Notes under the pieces: generated by a model
Told to the model about the DNA's origin: nothing
What the model saw: only the letters and a program-made list of their open reading frames with translations
The model's database searches: none
Position numbers and translations under genes: made by a program
Assembly: GCA_045541395.1 (NCBI GenBank)
Contig: JAZQIZ010000001.1
Coordinates: 107,701-171,700, forward strand
Direction: 5' to 3'
Source of the DNA: Eubacteriales bacterium
GTDB lineage: Bacteria > Bacillota > Clostridia > Oscillospirales > UMGS1783
Length of the DNA stretch: 64,000 bases
Part shown: piece by piece, positions 28,801-37,691 of the stretch
How positions within the stretch are numbered: the stretch's first letter is position 1
How the letters are laid out: each line of letters begins with the position of its first letter

Positions 28801-29924
28801 CTCAACTTGGAATAGATGTAACCGTAATAAGCGGTATTAGAGAAAGTGATGATGCTTTCAAACTTCTCGAAAGCGGGAAAATAAGCTATATTGTTTATAC
28901 CGGTGCAGTTTATGATAGTACAGAAGAGGATTATATTGCTCTTCACAGAAAAGCGCTTTCGTTGTCTATTGCTTGCCTTACTTCTTTAGATACTGCGAAT
29001 GCTTTGGCTGACGTTATTGCCGCAAGATATAATGAATGTAATACGGAACTTGTTGATATCAATAATATGCGCTCCTCCCGCAGGAAGATTAATTTCTCCA
29101 AAATGCAGGGTTGCGGGGATGACTATATTTTCATTGAGAATTTTGACGGAGCAATAACCTGTCCGGAATCTCTGTGTATACAGCTATGTGACCGTCATTA
29201 CGGTATTGGTGCAGACGGTATTGTTCTTATAGAGAATTCTCAGGTCGCAGATGCGAAAATGCGTATTTTTAATATTGATGGCAGTGAAGGCAAGATGGCA
29301 GGTAACAGTATCCGCTCTGTAGGTAAATACCTTTACGATAACGGTATTGTGAATTCCCTTAATATTACTGTTGAAACTGCAAGCGGTATTAAGAGTATGT
29401 CAATGTTTTTGCGTAACGGCAAGGTGAATTTCGCAAGTGTGGATATGGGCAGAGCAAGTCTTGATCCAAAATCTTTACCTTGCACCCTTGAAGGAGAAAA
29501 GATCATTAATAAGCCTGTAAAGATCGGCGGGCAGACCTACAGCATTAACTGTGTTTCTATGGGAAATCCTCATTGTGTAGTATTCTGCGACAGAGTAGAC
29601 AGAATTGATATCAACAATATAGGGCCCTTATTTGAAACTGCAGAAATTTTCCCTGAAAGGGTAAATACTGAATTTGTACGTGTTGTTAATGAAAATACCC
29701 TTAAAATGCGTGTATATGAGCGGGGTAACGGCGAAACAATGGCCTGTGGTACAGGTGCTTGTGCAGCGGTTGTTGCTGCTTGCGAAAACGGGCTTTGCAA
29801 AATGGGAGTAGATATTACCGTGAAAGTTAAGGGCGGCGACCTTATTGTTAACTACACAAACGAAAGAATTATTCTTTCCGGTGATACAAGGCTTGTATAT
29901 ACCGGTGTGTATGACGGTATGTGA
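25884..29924 (+). CDS. carB: Carbamoyl-phosphate synthase large subunit fused to a C-terminal diaminopimelate-epimerase-like domain
   Basis: Two ATP-grasp halves (GSGPIIIGQAAEFDY; GSGPIRIGQGIEFDY), MGS-like domain, then from about residue 1069 (nt 29088) a DapF fold: FSKMQG, GIGADG, SMGNPH, NTEF, YERG.GET.ACGTG. Confidence 0.95.
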   Translation: MPLDSTIKKVMVIGSGPIIIGQAAEFDYAGAQACRVLKQAGVNVVLVNSNPATIMTDKALADEIYLEPLTTETLKRIIEKEKPDSLLAGLGGQTGLTLSMQLSKDGFLKNHGVRLIGTNEEAIDKAEDRQLFKDAMEAIGQPVIPSEISNTVEDSLMIADRIGYPVIVRPAFTLGGSGGGVAYNEDELKEIARSGLDASPITQILVEKYIWGWKEIEFETMRDYAGNAIAVCSMENFDPVGVHTGDSIVCAPALTLSSKEYKMLHDASMAIVNELEIVGGCNCQFALNPDSMEYAVIEVNPRVSRSSALASKATGYPIAKITTKVALGYTLDEIENEITGKTCACFEPTVDYVVVKFPKWPFDKFVGASRKLGTQMKATGEVMSIGTSFEMAIMKAVRGAEISLDTLNAAPINDLSLEERLAACDDRRIFTVFEAIKSGFDIEKIYEITRIDRFFLYKLKKLADYEKDIERNGLNEETYYLGKDLGYPDAALMRIANLKALPVNKNAVYKMVDTCAAEFDAKTPYFYSTYDNYCESKNFVRSGNPVVMVLGSGPIRIGQGIEFDYSSVHCVWTLKEQGYDVVIVNNNPETVSTDYDTADRLYFEPLTPEDVMNIIRVENPIGVVVAFGGQTAIKLTKFLDDNGIPILGTSAEGIDIAEDRERFDELLESFSIKRPKGFGVMTEKEALEAAESLGYPVLLRPSYVIGGQNMSIVHNEKEVKVYMERILSTGIENPVLVDKYMMGTELEVDVISDGDDVLIPGIMEHIERAGVHSGDSIAVYPPYNINDKMISTVVECSSKLALSMGTKGLVNIQYLIYNNELYVIEVNPRASRTVPYISKVTGVPMVDLASKVMLGASLESLGYGTGLYKLPPYYAVKVPVFSFEKLTDVNSYLGPEMKSTGEVLGIGKTLNEALFKGMTSAGFELKTPHKGEDAGVLISVSEHDLLEVVALAKKLDDLNMKIYATKDTAESISQLGIDVTVISGIRESDDAFKLLESGKISYIVYTGAVYDSTEEDYIALHRKALSLSIACLTSLDTANALADVIAARYNECNTELVDINNMRSSRRKINFSKMQGCGDDYIFIENFDGAITCPESLCIQLCDRHYGIGADGIVLIENSQVADAKMRIFNIDGSEGKMAGNSIRSVGKYLYDNGIVNSLNITVETASGIKSMSMFLRNGKVNFASVDMGRASLDPKSLPCTLEGEKIINKPVKIGGQTYSINCVSMGNPHCVVFCDRVDRIDINNIGPLFETAEIFPERVNTEFVRVVNENTLKMRVYERGNGETMACGTGACAAVVAACENGLCKMGVDITVKVKGGDLIVNYTNERIILSGDTRLVYTGVYDGM

Positions 29925-29968
29925 TAGTATATTATTAAATATTAAGGTTAAAAATAGAGTAATTATGA

Positions 29969-29997
29969 TTGACTTTTTTTTGAAAATAGTTTATAAT
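29969..29997 (+). promoter_or_regulatory. sigmaA promoter of the purine operon
   Basis: TTGACT-17 bp-TATAAT. Confidence 0.75.
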
Positions 29998-30012
29998 TTA
30001 CTCATAATTTAA

Positions 30013-30086
30013 TCTTCCTGTAACTGACGGAAAAGTGGAGCACCACAAGGGAGCAGGAAGAGCTGTTTTAGCCGACCGTCTGGGCA
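30013..30086 (+). ncRNA. ZMP/ZTP (pfl) riboswitch aptamer
   Basis: P1 tcttcctg/caggaaga; GTAACTGACGG; P2 gtgg/ccac; GGGAGC; 3' hairpin GCCGACCGTCTGGGC; pseudoknot GACGG(30026-30)/CCGTC(30076-80); upstream of pur and fhs genes. Confidence 0.9.
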
Positions 30087-30128
30087 GTCTTATCCTTGTG
30101 GAGGGTAGGACTGCCTTGCTGTTTTTTT
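30083..30128 (+). terminator. Riboswitch expression-platform terminator
   Basis: ggcagtcttatcc...gggtaggactgcc hairpin plus T-tract; 5' arm overlaps the aptamer P3. Confidence 0.8.
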
Positions 30129-30148
30129 GGATAGAAGGAGAAATTACT

Positions 30149-30643
30149 ATGAAAAAAATTGGTATTATTATGGGAAGTGACAGCGATCTGCCGGTAGTAG
30201 AAAAGGCTGTTAATATTCTCAATGAGTTTGAAGTGCCCTATGAGGTTCACATTTATTCTGCTCATCGCACACCTGTTGAAGCAAAAGAATTTGCTGCAGG
30301 TGCAAGAGCAAACGGTTACGGTGCTTTAATTGCTGCTGCAGGAATGGCTGCTCATCTTGCAGGTGCTATTGCTGCTAACACTACTCTGCCTGTTGTAGGT
30401 ATTCCTGTTAAGTCCTCTACCTTTGATGGCTTGGATGCTCTTTTATCCACCGTTCAGATGCCAACAGGTATCCCGGTTGCAACTGTTGCGGTTAACGGCG
30501 CTGCAAATGCTGCTCTTTTGTGTGTGCAAATACTTGCAGTTGAGGATAAAGATCTTGCCGCAAAACTTGATAAGAAGCGCGCTGATGATGCCGCAAAAGT
30601 TCTTCAAAAAGATGCTGCTGTTGCAGCTCAGTTTAATAAATAA
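30149..30643 (+). CDS. purE: N5-CAIR mutase
   Basis: IIMGSDSD, SAHRTP, AGMAAHL, STVQMP.GIPVATV; GAAGGAG RBS before ATG 30149. Confidence 0.96.
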   Translation: MKKIGIIMGSDSDLPVVEKAVNILNEFEVPYEVHIYSAHRTPVEAKEFAAGARANGYGALIAAAGMAAHLAGAIAANTTLPVVGIPVKSSTFDGLDALLSTVQMPTGIPVATVAVNGAANAALLCVQILAVEDKDLAAKLDKKRADDAAKVLQKDAAVAAQFNK

Positions 30644-30670
30644 TTATTCAATATAAAGGAGATTACTATC

Positions 30671-31357
30671 ATGGAAAAGAAACTTGTTTACACCGGAAAA
30701 ACTAAAGACGTATTTGCACTTGACAATGGCAACTATATGCTCAAATTCAAAGATGATTGTACCGGAAAAGACGGTGTTTTTGATCCCGGTGAAAATGCAG
30801 TAGGTTTAACTATTGATGGTGTAGGTGACGTTAACCTTCGCATGTCTATTTATTTCTTTGAGAAGATCAATGCTGCAGGTATTAAAACTCATTACATCAG
30901 TGCTAATCTTGAAGACACTACTATGGAAGTTCTCCCTGCTAAGGCATTCGGTAAGGGTCTTGAAATCATTTGCCGCTATAAGGCAGTTGGCAGCTTTTAT
31001 CGTCGCTACAGTGATTATATTGAAGAAGGCGCTGATCTTCCTGCTTACGTTGAAGCAACCTTCAAGAACGATGCAAAGGGTGATCCCCTTGTTACTAAGG
31101 ATGGTCTTGTAGATCTTGGCGTTATGACAAGCGAACAGTATGATGATATTAAGCATATGACTCAGCAGATTACCAAGATTGTTGCTGATGATCTTAAGGA
31201 AAAAGGTCTTGATATGTATGATATCAAGTTCGAATTTGGTTACGATGCTGAAGGCAACGTAATGCTTATCGATGAAATTGCTTCCGGCAATATGCGTGTT
31301 TATAAAGATGGAGAATATATTGATCCTATGACTCTTTCCAAGCTTTTCTTTGCTTAA
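30671..31357 (+). CDS. purC: SAICAR synthetase
   Basis: [24 protein letters not shown]. Confidence 0.93.
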   Translation: MEKKLVYTGKTKDVFALDNGNYMLKFKDDCTGKDGVFDPGENAVGLTIDGVGDVNLRMSIYFFEKINAAGIKTHYISANLEDTTMEVLPAKAFGKGLEIICRYKAVGSFYRRYSDYIEEGADLPAYVEATFKNDAKGDPLVTKDGLVDLGVMTSEQYDDIKHMTQQITKIVADDLKEKGLDMYDIKFEFGYDAEGNVMLIDEIASGNMRVYKDGEYIDPMTLSKLFFA

Positions 31358-31372
31358 TAAAGGAGATAACCC

Positions 31373-32797
31373 ATGGGTGGATTTTTTGGTGCAGTCGGCA
31401 GGGGTGACGTTCTTTCGGATGTGTTCTTTGGAACAGATTATCATTCTCATTTAGGAACAAAACGCGCCGGTATAGCTGCATTTGATAAAGAGATCGGTTT
31501 GCAAAGAGAAATTAAAAATATTCAGAATTCTCCCTTCAGAACAAAATTTGAGCATGTGTTTGAAACCATGAGGGGTACTTCTGCCTTAGGATGCATAAGT
31601 GACTTGTATCCTCAGCCTTTGCTTATAAGATCACATTTGGGCACATACGCTTTATGTATGATAGGCGCAATTAACAATGCGGACGAGCTTATTGAACAGT
31701 ATTTTACTGTAGGTGGTGGGCATTTCGATGCAATGACAGGCGGTGCGGTAAATAACATTGAGCTTGTTGCTGCAATGATAAGCCAGCAGAAAAACTTTGT
31801 TGACGGTATTAAGTACGTTCAAAATAGTATAGATGGTTCTGTTACAATAGTAATTCTTAAAGATGACGGTAATATAATTGCTGCCAGAGATAAAGTGGGA
31901 AGATTGCCTATCCTTATTGGTAAGGGTGAGAGCGGTTATTGTGTTGCAATGGAATCATTTGCGTATCAGAAGTTGGAATATGAAGATTATATGGAGCTTG
32001 GCCCCGGCGAAATTGTTGAACTTTCGATTGATAAGGTAACGCAGCTGAGCGCACCCGGTGATGAAATGAAAATTTGCTCCTTCCTTTGGAGTTATTACGG
32101 CTATCCTACCTCAACTTACGAAGGTGTTAACGTTGAAATGATGCGTTACCGTAATGGTGCTATTATGGCGGAGTATGATGTAAAAGAAGGCCTCAATGAG
32201 GGCGTTGATTATGTTGGAGGAGTTCCTGATTCCGGCACTCCTCATGCAATAGGATATGCAAATAAAAGCAGAATTCCGTTTGCCAGAGCTTTTATAAAAT
32301 ACTCTCCAACATGGGCAAGAAGCTTTACGCCTGCAAAACAAGCCGAAAGAGCTAAGGTTGCCAAAATGAAGCAGGTTCCCGTGTATGACCTTATTAAAGA
32401 TAAGAGCTTGTTGTTTGTTGATGATTCTATTGTTCGAGGAACGCAGCTCAAGGAAACAGTTGAGTTTTTATATAATAACGGAGCTAAGGCGGTTCATATC
32501 CGATCTGCATGTCCGCCTATTATGTACTCCTGTAAATATCTTAACTTCTCAAGAACCAAAGACGATATGGAGCTTTTGTCCCGTCGTATAATTATGGAGC
32601 TTGAAGGGGAAGAAGGATTTAATCATATTGAAGAATACAGCGATGCATCCACAGAGAGAGGCAAGAAGTTCCGTAAAACAATTTGTAAGCAGATGAATTT
32701 CTCATCTTTGGAATTTCAGTCCTTAAAGGGTGTTATAGAATCTATTGGTTTACCGCCCTGTAAACTTTGTACTTATTGCTGGAACGGAAAGGAATAA
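31373..32797 (+). CDS. purF: Amidophosphoribosyltransferase lacking the N-terminal Cys nucleophile
   Basis: VPDSG, VDDSIVRGT PRPP motif, SACPP, C-terminal CTYCW; N-terminus is MGGFFG rather than (M)CG. Confidence 0.9.
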   Translation: MGGFFGAVGRGDVLSDVFFGTDYHSHLGTKRAGIAAFDKEIGLQREIKNIQNSPFRTKFEHVFETMRGTSALGCISDLYPQPLLIRSHLGTYALCMIGAINNADELIEQYFTVGGGHFDAMTGGAVNNIELVAAMISQQKNFVDGIKYVQNSIDGSVTIVILKDDGNIIAARDKVGRLPILIGKGESGYCVAMESFAYQKLEYEDYMELGPGEIVELSIDKVTQLSAPGDEMKICSFLWSYYGYPTSTYEGVNVEMMRYRNGAIMAEYDVKEGLNEGVDYVGGVPDSGTPHAIGYANKSRIPFARAFIKYSPTWARSFTPAKQAERAKVAKMKQVPVYDLIKDKSLLFVDDSIVRGTQLKETVEFLYNNGAKAVHIRSACPPIMYSCKYLNFSRTKDDMELLSRRIIMELEGEEGFNHIEEYSDASTERGKKFRKTICKQMNFSSLEFQSLKGVIESIGLPPCKLCTYCWNGKE

Positions 32798-32803
32798 ATT
32801 GTT

Positions 32804-33847
32804 ATGACACAGTCTAAATCTGACAGCTATGCAGCAGCCGGTGTGGATATAACCGCAGGCTACAAGTCTGTTGAACTTATGAAAAAGCACATAGCACGTA
32901 CTAAAAACGAAGGCTGCCTTGATGACGTCGGTGGATTCGGCGGTTGTTTCGGCCTTAATCTTGCAGGTATTGAAGAACCTGTACTTGTTTCCGGTACTGA
33001 TGGTGTTGGTACCAAACTCAGATTTGCAATGCTTATGGATAAACACGATACCATTGGTATCGACTGTGTTGCAATGTGCGTTAATGACGTAATTTGTTGT
33101 GGCGCAAAGCCTTTGTTCTTCCTTGATTATATTGCTTGCGGCAAGAATTATCCCGAAAAAATTGCGCAGATAGTTGCCGGTGTAGCAGAAGGATGTGTTC
33201 AATCAGGTAGTGCTCTTATTGGCGGTGAAACCGCTGAGCATCCCGGTATGATGCCTGAAGACGATTATGATCTTGCAGGTTTCAGCGTAGGTATTGTTGA
33301 TAAAAAGAAAATAATTGACAATACAAAAATGAAAGCCGGAGATGTTGTTATTGCAATGGCATCTACTGGCGTTCATTCCAACGGCTTCAGCCTTGTTCGT
33401 AAGGTTTTTGACGTTGAAAATAATAAGAATCTTTTGGATCCCTGTGAGGCACTAGGTGGTAAGTCTATTGCGGAAACTCTTCTTACTCCTACCAAAATCT
33501 ATGTTAAGAGCATACTTGCCCTTCTTGATAAGGTTGAAGTTAAGGGTATTTCCCATATTACCGGTGGCGGGTTTTATGAAAATATTCCCAGAAGCATACC
33601 TAATGGTCTGGGCGCTAAGATTAAAAAGGATGATATTAAAGTTCTTCCTATATTTGATCTTATTGCAAAAACAGGAAATATTCCTGAACGTGATATGTAC
33701 AATACCTATAACATGGGTGTTGGTATGAGCGTAATAGTGGATAAGAATGATGTTGATAATGCTCTTGAAATTTTAAATGCTAACGGTGAAGATGCTTACG
33801 TTATCGGTGAAATTATTGAATCCGAAGAAGGCGTTGTATTATGGTAA
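32804..33847 (+). CDS. purM: AIR synthetase
   Basis: [48 protein letters not shown]. Confidence 0.97.
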   Translation: MTQSKSDSYAAAGVDITAGYKSVELMKKHIARTKNEGCLDDVGGFGGCFGLNLAGIEEPVLVSGTDGVGTKLRFAMLMDKHDTIGIDCVAMCVNDVICCGAKPLFFLDYIACGKNYPEKIAQIVAGVAEGCVQSGSALIGGETAEHPGMMPEDDYDLAGFSVGIVDKKKIIDNTKMKAGDVVIAMASTGVHSNGFSLVRKVFDVENNKNLLDPCEALGGKSIAETLLTPTKIYVKSILALLDKVEVKGISHITGGGFYENIPRSIPNGLGAKIKKDDIKVLPIFDLIAKTGNIPERDMYNTYNMGVGMSVIVDKNDVDNALEILNANGEDAYVIGEIIESEEGVVLW

Positions 33848-34476
33848 AAAAAAGAATAGCAGTTCTTGTATCGGGTGGGGGCACTAATTTACAGGCCCTC
33901 ATCGATGCGCAGAATAGGGGAGAAATTGATAAGGGCGAAATTGCTTTGGTAATAGCCTCAAAGCCCGGTGTATATGCACTTGAAAGGGCCGCTAATCACG
34001 GCATAGAGAGCAAGGTTCTTTGCCGTAAGGAGTACAGTAGCATTGCCGAATATTCCAAAGCATTGGTAGAAGAAATGCAGGAAAAGAATATAGATCTTGT
34101 TGTGCTTGCAGGTTTTCTTACTATTTTTGACGAGCAGGTTTATAATGCATTTCCTAATAAAATCCTGAATGTTCACCCTGCGCTTATTCCCTCTTTTTGC
34201 GGTAAAGGATTTTATGGGTTACATGTTCATGAGGCTGCTCTTAAAAAGGGTGTAAAGGTTTCCGGTGCTACAGTGCATATTGTTACACCCGAATGCGATG
34301 CCGGCCCTATTGTGTTGCAAAAAGCAGTAGAAGTAAAGTCTTTTGATACTCCTGAAATACTGCAGAAAAGAATTATGGAAGAGGCTGAATGGCGTATTTT
34401 GCCGGAGGCTGTTAAGCTATTTTGTGAGGACCGTATTTCTGTTAAAGATAATATTGTATACATAAAGGAGAACTGA
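33841..34476 (+). CDS. purN: GAR transformylase (folate-dependent)
   Basis: [31 protein letters not shown]. Confidence 0.96.
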   Translation: MVKKRIAVLVSGGGTNLQALIDAQNRGEIDKGEIALVIASKPGVYALERAANHGIESKVLCRKEYSSIAEYSKALVEEMQEKNIDLVVLAGFLTIFDEQVYNAFPNKILNVHPALIPSFCGKGFYGLHVHEAALKKGVKVSGATVHIVTPECDAGPIVLQKAVEVKSFDTPEILQKRIMEEAEWRILPEAVKLFCEDRISVKDNIVYIKEN

Positions 34477-34477
34477 A

Positions 34478-35194
34478 ATGAAAGTATCTTCAATTAAAGA
34501 CGAACTTAATTCACTTGCATATCACGGCAGAGGTATAATGATAGGAAAAAGTGCTGATAGTAAAAAGGCTGTAACTGCATATTTCATTATGGGCAGAAGC
34601 GAAAACAGCCGTAACAGAGTATTCGTTGCTGAAGGCGAAGCTATGCGCACAAAGGCTTTCGATGAATCAAAGATGACAGATCCTCATCTTATTATATATT
34701 ATCCTGTTCGTGTTCTTGGCAACAAAACAATAGTTACTAACGGTGACCAAACCGATACTATATATGAGTTAATGGATAAACAGATGACCTTCGAACAGGC
34801 TCTTCGAACCAGAGAATTTGAAGATGATAAGCCTAATTTTACCCCCAGGATTTCAGGTATTATTCACCGTGAAAACGGCGATATAAATTATGCTATGTCT
34901 ATTCTTAAAAGTGCTGAGGGGGATGACAGTTCCTGTGAGCGTTTCACATATGCTTATTCTTCTCCCAAAGCCGGTTATGTGAAGTTTATTCATACCTATA
35001 ACGGTGACGGTAATCCGCTTCCTTCATTTGAAGGTGAACCTAAAACTTTAGAACTTCCCAATACTGATATTGATTCTTTGACAGAATTACTTTGGGAAAA
35101 TCTGAATGAAGATAACAAAGTGTCTCTGTTTGTAAGATATATTGATATTGCGACAGGTGAAACTGAAACAAGAATTGTTAATAAAAACAAATAA
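34478..35194 (+). CDS. purO: Stand-alone IMP cyclohydrolase (PurO-like Ntn fold)
   Basis: YHGRG, YFIMGRSENSRNR, VTNGDQTD, FEDDKPNFTPRISG; located between purN and the AICAR transformylase. Confidence 0.8.
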   Translation: MKVSSIKDELNSLAYHGRGIMIGKSADSKKAVTAYFIMGRSENSRNRVFVAEGEAMRTKAFDESKMTDPHLIIYYPVRVLGNKTIVTNGDQTDTIYELMDKQMTFEQALRTREFEDDKPNFTPRISGIIHRENGDINYAMSILKSAEGDDSSCERFTYAYSSPKAGYVKFIHTYNGDGNPLPSFEGEPKTLELPNTDIDSLTELLWENLNEDNKVSLFVRYIDIATGETETRIVNKNK

Positions 35195-35206
35195 AGGGGA
35201 ATTACA

Positions 35207-36391
35207 ATGAAAGAATTTGAACTTAAATATGGCTGTAACCCCAATCAGAAGCCTTCTAAAATTTATATGCACGACGGAAGCGATCTTCCTATTGAGATCC
35301 TTAACGGTCGTCCCGGCTATATTAATTTTTTAGATGCTTTTAATAGTTGGCAGCTTGTGAAAGAACTTAAGGCTGCTTTAGGAATGCCTTGTGCTACTTC
35401 ATTTAAGCATGTTAGCCCTACTTCAGCAGCTGTTGGCACCAAGCTATCAGATGAACTGAAAAAGGCATGCTTTGTTGATGACGTTGAAGGTCTTGACGAT
35501 TCTCCGTTGGCTTGTGCCTATGCCAGAGCAAGAGGCACTGACAGAATGTCTTCTTTTGGTGATTTCATTGCTCTTAGTGATGTTTGTGATGTTACAACTG
35601 CAATGCTTATTAAAAGGGAAGTTTCTGATGGTGTAATTGCTCCGGGATATACTGAAGAAGCTCTTGAAATTTTAAAGGCAAAGAAAAAGGGCAATTACAA
35701 TGTTATTAAAATTGATCCTGCTTATATACCCGATCCTCAGGAACACAAGCAGGTTTTCGGAATAACATTTGAGCAGGGAAGAAACAATTTTGAAATAAAT
35801 AAAGAACTTTTAAATAATCTTGTTACAAAAAATAAAGAGCTTCCGGAAAGTGCAGTTCGTGACCTTATAATTGCACTTATTACTTTAAAGTATACACAGT
35901 CTAATTCTGTTTGCTATGCTGTTGATGGCCAGGCAATAGGTGTTGGTGCCGGCCAGCAGTCCAGAATTCATTGTACAAGACTTGCCGGTTCCAAAGCAGA
36001 TAACTGGCATCTTCGTCAGAGCGAAAAGGTGCTTAATCTTCCTTTCTTGCCTAAGTTGGGCAGACCTGATAGAGACAATGTAATTGACGTTTATATTTCA
36101 GATGACTATGAGGATGTTATTGGTGAAGGTAATTGGCAACAGTATTTTACTGTAAAGCCTGAAGCCTTTACTAAGGAAGAGAAGAGAGCTTATCTTGATA
36201 AGATTAGCGGTGTTTCAGTTGGAAGCGATGCATTCTTCCCGTTTTCTGATAATATTGAAAGAGCTAAAAAGAGTGGAGTCAGCTACATCGCTCAGCCCGG
36301 TGGTTCAATCAGAGATGATGCTGTTATTGATTGTTGTGATAAATACGGTATTGCTATGGCGTTCACCGGCATGCGACTTTTCCATCATTAA
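35207..36391 (+). CDS. purH: AICAR transformylase lacking the IMP-cyclohydrolase domain
   Basis: Begins at LKYGCNPNQ; SFKHVSP, KYTQSNSV, GQQSRIHC, SDAFFPF, QPGGSIRD, RLFHH. Confidence 0.9.
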   Translation: MKEFELKYGCNPNQKPSKIYMHDGSDLPIEILNGRPGYINFLDAFNSWQLVKELKAALGMPCATSFKHVSPTSAAVGTKLSDELKKACFVDDVEGLDDSPLACAYARARGTDRMSSFGDFIALSDVCDVTTAMLIKREVSDGVIAPGYTEEALEILKAKKKGNYNVIKIDPAYIPDPQEHKQVFGITFEQGRNNFEINKELLNNLVTKNKELPESAVRDLIIALITLKYTQSNSVCYAVDGQAIGVGAGQQSRIHCTRLAGSKADNWHLRQSEKVLNLPFLPKLGRPDRDNVIDVYISDDYEDVIGEGNWQQYFTVKPEAFTKEEKRAYLDKISGVSVGSDAFFPFSDNIERAKKSGVSYIAQPGGSIRDDAVIDCCDKYGIAMAFTGMRLFHH

Positions 36392-36409
36392 TAAAGGAGA
36401 ACACAAATT

Positions 36410-37681
36410 ATGAATATAATGGTTGTTGGCGGCGGCGGAAGAGAGCATGCTATTATTAAGAAACTTAAGGAAAACAAAAGCATTTCTAAAATATATGCTT
36501 TACCTGGTAACGGCGGTATTGCTAAAGATGCTGAATGTGTTAATATTGGCGCTAAGGATATTTCGTCTATAGTTAATTTTGCCAAAGAGAACAATATTGA
36601 ATTTGCGGTTGTTGCACCTGATGATCCTTTGGTATTAGGATGTGTTGATGCTCTTAATGAAATCGGTGTTCCTTGCTTCGGCCCCAATAAAAATGCAGCA
36701 ATAATTGAAGGCAGTAAGGTATTTTCTAAAAATCTTATGAAGAAATATGGTATTCCTACTGCTCAATACGAGGTTTTTGATAACCTTGAAAAGGCTCTTG
36801 AATACCTTGATACTGCGCCGATACCTACTGTAGTCAAGGCAGATGGTCTTGCTCTTGGTAAGGGTGTTATAATTGCTATGACCAGAGAGGATGCAAAAGA
36901 AGCTGTTATCTCTATGATGCAGGATAAGGTATTTGGTGAAAGCGGCAGTAACGTTGTTATTGAAGAATTTTTAGAAGGTCCTGAAGTTTCGGTGCTTTCT
37001 TTTACTGACGGCAAAACATTGGTTCCTATGATCTCTTCAATGGACCATAAACGTGCTCACGATAATGATGAAGGCTTAAATACCGGCGGTATGGGAACTA
37101 TTGCTCCAAACCCTTATTACAACGATGAAATAGCCAATGAATGTATGAAAAAGATCTTCTTGCCTACAATGGAGGCTATGAATAAGGAAGGCAGAACCTT
37201 TAAAGGTTGCTTGTATTTTGGACTGATGCTTACTAAAAACGGACCTAAGGTTATTGAATACAATTGTCGCTTTGGTGATCCGGAAACACAGGTAGTGTTA
37301 CCTTTGCTTAACAGTGATCTTTTTGAAATTATGAAGGCCGTCAGCAATCAGACTCTTTCTGAGAGTATGGTAAAATTCTCTGATAATAGCGCTTGTTGTG
37401 TTATTCTTGCTTCGAAGGGATACCCGCTAAAGTATCAGAGTGGTTTTGAACTGACTCTTCCTGCAGATAGCGAAGATCAGTTTATTTACGTTGCCGGCGC
37501 TAAGAATGAAGGGGAAAAGCTTCTTAGTGCAGGCGGCAGAGTACTTGGTGTAACTGCAGTTGCAGAGGATCTGCCTGGTGCAATAGAAAAAGCGTATGCT
37601 CATACTAAGAAGGTTGGCTTTGAAAATGGTTTTTGCCGTTCGGATATAGGTCAGCGTGCTTTAAAAGCACTGAATAAGTGA
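36410..37681 (+). CDS. purD: Phosphoribosylamine--glycine ligase
   Basis: GGGGREHA, EGSK, KADGLALGKGV, NTGGMG, EYNCRFGDPE, GGRVL. Confidence 0.97.
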   Translation: MNIMVVGGGGREHAIIKKLKENKSISKIYALPGNGGIAKDAECVNIGAKDISSIVNFAKENNIEFAVVAPDDPLVLGCVDALNEIGVPCFGPNKNAAIIEGSKVFSKNLMKKYGIPTAQYEVFDNLEKALEYLDTAPIPTVVKADGLALGKGVIIAMTREDAKEAVISMMQDKVFGESGSNVVIEEFLEGPEVSVLSFTDGKTLVPMISSMDHKRAHDNDEGLNTGGMGTIAPNPYYNDEIANECMKKIFLPTMEAMNKEGRTFKGCLYFGLMLTKNGPKVIEYNCRFGDPETQVVLPLLNSDLFEIMKAVSNQTLSESMVKFSDNSACCVILASKGYPLKYQSGFELTLPADSEDQFIYVAGAKNEGEKLLSAGGRVLGVTAVAEDLPGAIEKAYAHTKKVGFENGFCRSDIGQRALKALNK

Positions 37682-37691
37682 GGATAGATCA

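Noticed and set aside
29088-29924. Possibility that dapF is a separate gene merged by a lost stop codon
   Set aside because: No RBS before the domain and the frame is continuous through a short linker; read-level confirmation is still advisable
30035-30148. 38-aa N-terminal extension of PurE in the ORF track
   Set aside because: It runs through the ZTP riboswitch and terminator; the RBS supports ATG 30149
30806-31450. 214-aa antisense ORF over purC
   Set aside because: Shadow of a strongly codon-biased gene; no RBS or recognisable motifs
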